Of a stretch of DNA of 64,000 nt, positions 58,498 through 64,000 are shown one piece after another. Each line of letters opens with the position of its first letter. Position 1 is the first letter of the stretch. Position numbers and translations under genes: made by a program. This DNA is from Promethearchaeota archaeon. GTDB lineage: Archaea; Asgardarchaeota; Lokiarchaeia; Sigyniarchaeales; SOKP01. The DNA lies in assembly GCA_016839745.1 (NCBI GenBank), contig JAEOTS010000157.1:1-64000 (forward strand), given 5' to 3'. The notes beneath the pieces were generated by a model. That model was not told where the DNA came from and ran no database searches. It saw only the letters and a program-made list of their open reading frames with translations.

Positions 58498-59670
58498 TTA
58501 ATAAAACTTTCTTTCAGGAAAAATTTCCATAATGTTTCGAATTTTATCTTTCATTTCATTAAAGATATCTAGTGAACTAGTAAATTTATTCGATACTCCA
58601 TCTTTTAGATGCATATAAAGAAATGATTCCAATGAATCCAATTTTTCAATATTTCCTTCTGTAATACAATATAAATAGAACTGATTTTCGAGTTTTTTAA
58701 TCGATAAAAAATAATATTTTTGGAAACCTGATTTTATTGAAATCCATCTTGGATAACCTTTCATGTTTGCTAGAATACTTGCTAAAATCGCTTCAATTTT
58801 TGCAGTCAAGGCTGATTCGCCAAAATCAATAATTTCTTCAACTAATCGAGAAACACTTTTTTCAGAATCAGGCTCAAAGTGAGTTTGCTCGCCAAATTGT
58901 AGAATATTCTCTTTATCTAAAAGAAGCGAAATAACACCAACCGATTCAGATGATAATCCAAAATAATGTAATCTGAGCCAATTATCAATATAATTAAAAT
59001 TTGGTTTCTCGAATTTAACTTTTAATTCGACTGCTTCTTCTAGATTATTTAAGAATAAATTCATTTTAATTGAAATCTCACGCTTTTCAATTTTAGCCAA
59101 TTTTTCAATATCAATCCCCCCCCTTTGCAGTATATCATTGAAAAACATTGAAACTTTATTAAATATCCAATCGCTCTCTTTATCTGAAAAATTTCCTATG
59201 AGAATGTGTATAATTCCATTTTTCTCAAAGAAACGAGCGATTATCTTCTTTTGTTCTACATTGTCCTCGTTTCCTAAGAATATCAACATTTTGTCAAGCG
59301 TTCCAGATAAAGTGCTCGTAGAAATATAATCTAAATTATTGGTTAACTCTAAAATATACTTCCATTTTTTATCGTTATAAAATATAGGAATTCTCTCTTT
59401 TGAAACAATTCCGTAAAAATAAAGGTTCTTAGGAATCTTTGATATCTTTTTCTTCTCTCCTCCTTTAATATTTTTACTCGATGATTTTAAATTTTTAACT
59501 TCTACTTCATTAAAAGAAAAGTTATTCCCGTATTTAAAACGAAAAAGGTTTATCGAAAAAAGATTACAATTTCTACAGATACAATCATCTTGATAAGGAG
59601 CAACAAAAATTTTTCCACAATGGTCGCATTTTACTCTACGATATTTTCTCTCTTCATTTTCCATTTTCAA
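58498..59670 (-). CDS. Hypothetical protein with N-terminal Zn ribbon and two alpha/beta domains
   Basis: CDHCG...CICRNC; 390-aa ORF. Confidence 0.7.
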   Translation of the reverse strand: MKMENEERKYRRVKCDHCGKIFVAPYQDDCICRNCNLFSINLFRFKYGNNFSFNEVEVKNLKSSSKNIKGGEKKKISKIPKNLYFYGIVSKERIPIFYNDKKWKYILELTNNLDYISTSTLSGTLDKMLIFLGNEDNVEQKKIIARFFEKNGIIHILIGNFSDKESDWIFNKVSMFFNDILQRGGIDIEKLAKIEKREISIKMNLFLNNLEEAVELKVKFEKPNFNYIDNWLRLHYFGLSSESVGVISLLLDKENILQFGEQTHFEPDSEKSVSRLVEEIIDFGESALTAKIEAILASILANMKGYPRWISIKSGFQKYYFLSIKKLENQFYLYCITEGNIEKLDSLESFLYMHLKDGVSNKFTSSLDIFNEMKDKIRNIMEIFPERKFY

Positions 59671-59816
59671 TATCTTCTTTTAACCATTATAGCTATTAAT
59701 TAAATCATATTCTACCAATAATTAAACTTGTTTTTGTTAACTTTTATGTTTAATCAGTTAAAATAAAAATTATTGAAAGTATCAATTAATTTAAGTAGAA
59801 AAAAAAAGAAAAAAAA

Positions 59817-60251
59817 TTACATGAATACTATTGTGCCTTCTCCCGAAGTTACAACTTCATCATTCTGATTTTTGACAATTGTTTCAGCAATGATAAATTT
59901 TAATTTTCCATCTTTTTTAGTAAATTTTTCTTTTACTGTACCAATTGCGGTTAATGTATCTCCAAAAAACACGGGTTTTATGAATTTAACAGTTTGTCCA
60001 CCGTATAATATACCCGGACCAAATAATTTAGTCCCTAAAACTGCTGAAATTAACCCTGAGCTCAAAGCTCCATGAGCAACTTGTTTTCCAAACATTTGAG
60101 TCTTTGCATATTCAGGATTTACATGAATAGGATTGAAATCCCCAGTAACTTCTGCAAATTTCATGACATCTTCTTCTGTTATAGTTTTCGTGAATTTTGC
60201 CGAATCGCCAACGTTATAATCTTCGTATTTAACGGGTTCTAAATTTGACAT
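59817..60251 (-). CDS. MaoC-family (R)-enoyl-CoA hydratase
   Basis: FAEVTGDFNPIH...AHG...PGILYGGQTVKFIKPV; start placed at ATG 60251. Confidence 0.92.
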   Translation of the reverse strand: MSNLEPVKYEDYNVGDSAKFTKTITEEDVMKFAEVTGDFNPIHVNPEYAKTQMFGKQVAHGALSSGLISAVLGTKLFGPGILYGGQTVKFIKPVFFGDTLTAIGTVKEKFTKKDGKLKFIIAETIVKNQNDEVVTSGEGTIVFM

Positions 60252-60414
60252 AAGTAAATATATGATGTTATGGATAAAAATATTCACTTAGAAAAAAATC
60301 TCAAATCTCTTGATTAAAAAGAAAAAATAAGAAATAAAACAATTCGAAAATTTATTAAATTTAATTCTGAATTTAAAAAAATTTAGAGTAAAAATAAAAA
60401 TAAAGGTAAATAAA

Positions 60415-61674
60415 ATGGGAAAGTTATCGAAACGAGTTGCTATCGTAGGGGCTGGGATGTCGCAGTTTGGGCGTCTTTACCCCCTCAAACGTAATCCCGA
60501 TCTCTGGGTCGATGCTTGGGTTGATGCTGTTAAATCTGTCGACAACGGTATAGAACCAAAAGATGTGGACGCATGTTATGTTGGAAATTATTCTTCTGAT
60601 TTATTTAATCATCAGGGTCATTTGGGGCCTCAAATGGCAAATTTGGTGGGACTTACGCCTAAGCCCGCCTCTAGATTTGAAGGAGCTTGTGCTAGCTCAG
60701 GAATTGCTTTAAGACAAGCAGTTATTGCAGTAGCTTCTGGTATTCATGATGTTATCGCCGTCGCTGGAGTTGAATGTATGAATGAACTTCCAACAAGTTT
60801 AGTTACAGACGCATTAGCTACGGCAAGCGATGCTCTTTTTGAGTATCCCGCAGGAGCAACATTTCCAGGGTTATATGCTACTGTTGCGACAGCGCATTTT
60901 CACAAATACGGTACAACTTCAGAAGATTTAATGAGAATAGGAATTAAGAATCATATCAACGGAGTTGAGAACCCCTTTGCCCAAATGCAGAGATCTATTA
61001 AACAATTGATGCAAAGCAAATTAAAGAAATTGGAAGAACAAGGAAAAGAACTTCCTGATTGGAAAGACGAATTTGATTATCTTAAAAGCGCTTCAAATCC
61101 TATGATTGCTTATCCTCTGAGGTTATTTGATTGTAGTTTAGTCACAGATGGCGCAGCATGCGTCTTTGTCGCTGCTGAAGAGGTTGCCAAAAATTTTACA
61201 GATACTCCAATTTGGATTTCTGGAACGGGCCAAGGAAGCGATGCGTTATCAATCCATGACAGAAATGATTTAACAGGTTTTAAAGCCACTCGAGAGGCAG
61301 CAAGACAAGCGTATGAAACGTCAGGATATGGACCAAAAGATATTCAAATAGCTGAACTTCACGATTGTTTCACTATAGCAGAACTTGTTGCTTTAGAAGA
61401 CTTAGGATTTTATGAGAAGGGAAAAGCCGCTCAAGCAGTTAAAGAGGGAGAGACTAAGAGAGATGGAAAGAGACCTATAAACACATCTGGTGGTTTAAAA
61501 TCAAAAGGTCATCCTGTTGGTGCTACTGGAGCCGCTCAAGCTGTAGAAATCTTTAAGCAAATGAGAGGAAGAGCAGAACGAAATAGGCAAGTAAAATTTG
61601 ACGTTGAACGGGCATTAACTCATAACTTAGGAGGTAGTGGTGCTACATGTGTAGTCACTATTTACGAGAAATAA
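60415..61674 (+). CDS. Thiolase (archaeal/SCP2-type acetyl-CoA acetyltransferase)
   Basis: EGACASSG, DCSLVTDGAA, ELHDCFT, GHPVGATG, HNLGG. Confidence 0.93.
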   Translation: MGKLSKRVAIVGAGMSQFGRLYPLKRNPDLWVDAWVDAVKSVDNGIEPKDVDACYVGNYSSDLFNHQGHLGPQMANLVGLTPKPASRFEGACASSGIALRQAVIAVASGIHDVIAVAGVECMNELPTSLVTDALATASDALFEYPAGATFPGLYATVATAHFHKYGTTSEDLMRIGIKNHINGVENPFAQMQRSIKQLMQSKLKKLEEQGKELPDWKDEFDYLKSASNPMIAYPLRLFDCSLVTDGAACVFVAAEEVAKNFTDTPIWISGTGQGSDALSIHDRNDLTGFKATREAARQAYETSGYGPKDIQIAELHDCFTIAELVALEDLGFYEKGKAAQAVKEGETKRDGKRPINTSGGLKSKGHPVGATGAAQAVEIFKQMRGRAERNRQVKFDVERALTHNLGGSGATCVVTIYEK

Positions 61675-61688
61675 GGTGATTAGAAAAA

Positions 61689-62111
61689 ATGACTGAAGAA
61701 GAAAAAGAATTTACAATTCAAAATTATTTAGAGTTTATTCAAAATAAGAAACTTATGGGTTCAAAATGCAAAGATTGCGGTACTATAAATGTTCCCGTTA
61801 GAAAATTATGCACAACCTGTAATTCATTGAATATGGAATGGGTTCCATTGTCTGGAAAAGGCGAACTTGCAGCATTTACTTCTATCACAGTTGGTACTCC
61901 CTACTTTATAGAACTAGGATATGATAGAAACAGACCCTACTGTTTCTCAGTTATAAAACTCGAAGAGGGTCCAATGGTCTCAGCTCAATTAGTTGGTGTA
62001 GATGAAAGCAAACCTGATACTATTAAAATCGGCACACCTTTAAAGGTTAAGTTCTTAGAAAATGAACTTAAAGGTGAAACCAAAATAGATTTAGGTTTTG
62101 AACCCGCTTAA
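61689..62111 (+). CDS. DUF35 Zn-ribbon/OB-fold thiolase partner
   Basis: CKDCG...P.R..CTTC, LEEGP; directly after the thiolase. Confidence 0.9.
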   Translation: MTEEEKEFTIQNYLEFIQNKKLMGSKCKDCGTINVPVRKLCTTCNSLNMEWVPLSGKGELAAFTSITVGTPYFIELGYDRNRPYCFSVIKLEEGPMVSAQLVGVDESKPDTIKIGTPLKVKFLENELKGETKIDLGFEPA

Positions 62112-62176
62112 ACACAATTTTTTTATTTTTTATTTTAATTTTGTAATGTAATATTTAGTAATTTCAAGCAAAAATA

Positions 62177-63343
62177 TTGGTGATTTTAATAAAAAAAGCT
62201 TACAAACTAATTATAATCGCATGCATTATGTCAATAGTAGTTATTTCTATCATTTTTCCAATTTTCCTTTTACTGAATGATAATAAGTTCACAAATATTG
62301 ACATTGAATTACACTTCGATGGCGATACTGCATACAGTTATGTAGCTGACCAAATGAACATCAATTCAACCCATTATAGAATACCTGGTACTCAAGGTAG
62401 AGAAGATTGCGCCCAGTATTTTATTTCTAAATTTCAACAAATCGATCCTTTGATTAATTACACACTTCATAATTTTACAATTCTTTCAGTGGAATGTCAA
62501 AATGTTTTGTTTAAAATTAACGAAAACTTTTCAAATATTGTGATCTTAAGCGCTCATTACGATTCTAGAGCTAAAGCTACAAAAGACTTGACAAACCCTG
62601 ATTGGCCTGTGCCTGGAGCGAATGATGGAGCTAGTGGAAGCGCGGTTTTAGTAGAGCTTGCCGAAGTTTTATATGAAAGAAGACAAAATCTTTCGGTTCA
62701 AATTTGGTTTTTGTTTTTCGATGCAGAGGATCAAGGTAATGACCCTGATGGTCCAGGAATATCAGGATGGAGTTGGTGTGAAGGTTCTAGTAAGTTCGTT
62801 CAAGACATCGAAAATTTCTATAATTCTTCCAAAGAAACATTTGATGCCATGATCTTATTGGATATGGTGGGAGGATATAATCTCCGTTTTATTAGTGAGC
62901 AACACTCAACCTCTTCACTTTTAAATGAATTGTTTGAGACTGGTAGGCAGCTAGGATTTACAAGCGCATTTCCTTCCGATCCAACTGTTGGCACAATTTT
63001 TGACGACCATGTAGCATTCGTGAATTATGGGATTCCCTCAGCTGATTTAATTATTAAATTTTGGAACACCCCTGTTGAATGGCCGTATCATCACACAACA
63101 AACGACGATCTTTCACACATCTCAAATAACAGTCTTGAGATAACTGGAAAAACTGTAGAGCAATTTATTTATAATAATTACTACGAGATTAACAACCAGT
63201 TTCAAGGAAGCTTCCCTTGGAGCGGTGATCTTAACCTTCTAGATTCTGATTTATTCCTATTCGTTATAATATTAATCTCAATAGTAAGTATAGCTGTTGT
63301 TGTCTTATTTTTGCGTTCACGATCAAATAGAGATAAAAATTAA
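62177..63343 (+). CDS. M28-family peptidase/glutaminyl cyclase-like membrane-anchored protein
   Basis: AHYDSR, GANDGASG, FDAED, LLDMVG, DDH, HHT..D; N- and C-terminal TM. Confidence 0.88.
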   Translation: MVILIKKAYKLIIIACIMSIVVISIIFPIFLLLNDNKFTNIDIELHFDGDTAYSYVADQMNINSTHYRIPGTQGREDCAQYFISKFQQIDPLINYTLHNFTILSVECQNVLFKINENFSNIVILSAHYDSRAKATKDLTNPDWPVPGANDGASGSAVLVELAEVLYERRQNLSVQIWFLFFDAEDQGNDPDGPGISGWSWCEGSSKFVQDIENFYNSSKETFDAMILLDMVGGYNLRFISEQHSTSSLLNELFETGRQLGFTSAFPSDPTVGTIFDDHVAFVNYGIPSADLIIKFWNTPVEWPYHHTTNDDLSHISNNSLEITGKTVEQFIYNNYYEINNQFQGSFPWSGDLNLLDSDLFLFVIILISIVSIAVVVLFLRSRSNRDKN

Positions 63344-63371
63344 TTCAATAATAGCATTTCGAATAAAAATC

Positions 63372-63998
63372 TTACATCTTAATTTTTTGACCTAAAATAG
63401 CACGATGGTTAGTCTTATCGATATATATTTCCGATAAGTCAAAAGCGCCAAAAATTCTTTTTATTTCTGAGATTGTAAAAAAATGGTGTGGAAGTCCCTT
63501 TTCTTGGCCTTTTAACGGAATGTAAGTTCTTTTCTCAATTTTTTTCATATTTTGCTTTTTAACATGAAAACTTTGAAGTATGGGGAACGTAAGAAATATT
63601 AAGCCGTCTGTTTTTAAAATACGGTTTATTTCGTTTACAGTAAAAACAATATCTTTTATCAAGTTATGGTGTATTACTTGAATTGAGATAACAGCGTCAA
63701 AAAAACCATCCTTATACGGAAATTTTTCCTCAATTTTTTGACAAACTAGTTCTGAAGATAGATTCTCTTCAGCTAACCAGTTTTTTGCTATTTCTAAACC
63801 ATTCGAAGACCCATCAAGACCATAAACTTTGAATCCTTTTTTGGATAAAAATAGAAGATGCCTTCCAGTTCCGCATCCCAAATCTAAGACTCGTCGAATC
63901 CCATTTTCGCTGAAAATACTCGCTAGTCTCTCCATATCGGGGTGAGATTTTGTGAAGTATTTACCTTTTTTAGCGAATATGTCGTCCCAGTCAGGCAT
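63372..63998 (-). CDS. Class I SAM-dependent methyltransferase
   Basis: VLDLGCGTGRH, FDAVIS. Confidence 0.9.
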   Translation of the reverse strand: MPDWDDIFAKKGKYFTKSHPDMERLASIFSENGIRRVLDLGCGTGRHLLFLSKKGFKVYGLDGSSNGLEIAKNWLAEENLSSELVCQKIEEKFPYKDGFFDAVISIQVIHHNLIKDIVFTVNEINRILKTDGLIFLTFPILQSFHVKKQNMKKIEKRTYIPLKGQEKGLPHHFFTISEIKRIFGAFDLSEIYIDKTNHRAILGQKIKM

Positions 63999-64000
63999 AA

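Noticed and set aside
16645-60365. AAATTTATTAAATTT-type palindromes upstream of the mutase, iolN and thiolase genes
   Set aside because: They are pure A/T, coincide with TATA boxes and are expected by chance at this composition.
3057-62852. Short antisense or overlapping track ORFs (e.g. 3057, 3472, 3838, 5044, 5836, 14925, 15309, 25145, 25983, 39708, 45034, 49541, 53213, 55892, 62658)
   Set aside because: They are shadows of well-supported genes and carry no motifs.
1-64000. tRNA, rRNA, selenoprotein/SECIS, pyrrolysine readthrough, IS elements
   Set aside because: I saw no GC-rich structured RNA blocks, no in-frame TGA/TAG at catalytic positions and no transposase or terminal inverted repeats. 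This was by eye; covariance-model scans were not run.

Overview
AT-rich archaeal chromosome segment. Archaeal Shine-Dalgarno motifs (GGTGA/GAGGT), TATA boxes and the protein families suggest a Lokiarchaeota/Asgard genome (inference). It holds about 60 protein genes. I saw no rRNA, tRNA, CRISPR array, integrase or transposase. Content: (1) acyl-CoA metabolism spread across the window: ferredoxin-fused EtfAB, acyl-CoA dehydrogenase, crotonase, a B12 acyl-CoA mutase with MeaB and CobO, a split GctAB-like pair, MaoC, thiolase and DUF35; (2) a sulfoquinovose transaldolase operon followed by a fused ComDE; (3) a Thermotoga-type inositol/hexuronate cluster (iolMNO, uxaCE, uxuAB); (4) a hom-thrC-thrH threonine cluster; (5) transporters and hydrolases. 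Most notable sequence-level observations: (a) a 31-nt hairpin insert breaks the mutase large-subunit gene and folds as a relaxed bulge-helix-bulge motif whose predicted cuts restore the frame, so it is a candidate archaeal mRNA intron; (b) a 17-bp element next to the TATA box is repeated identically in front of two LVIVD surface proteins and an operon encoding a membrane-anchored double winged-helix regulator, a candidate autoregulated membrane-sensing regulon; (c) orphan copies of gene 5' ends bracket inserted cargo, including a 41/43-nt direct repeat around the 9.7-kb sugar-acid island; (d) several conserved genes appear to start at ACG, ATT, ATC, CTG or ATA behind well-spaced SD motifs. All family assignments come from motif recognition, not database searches.
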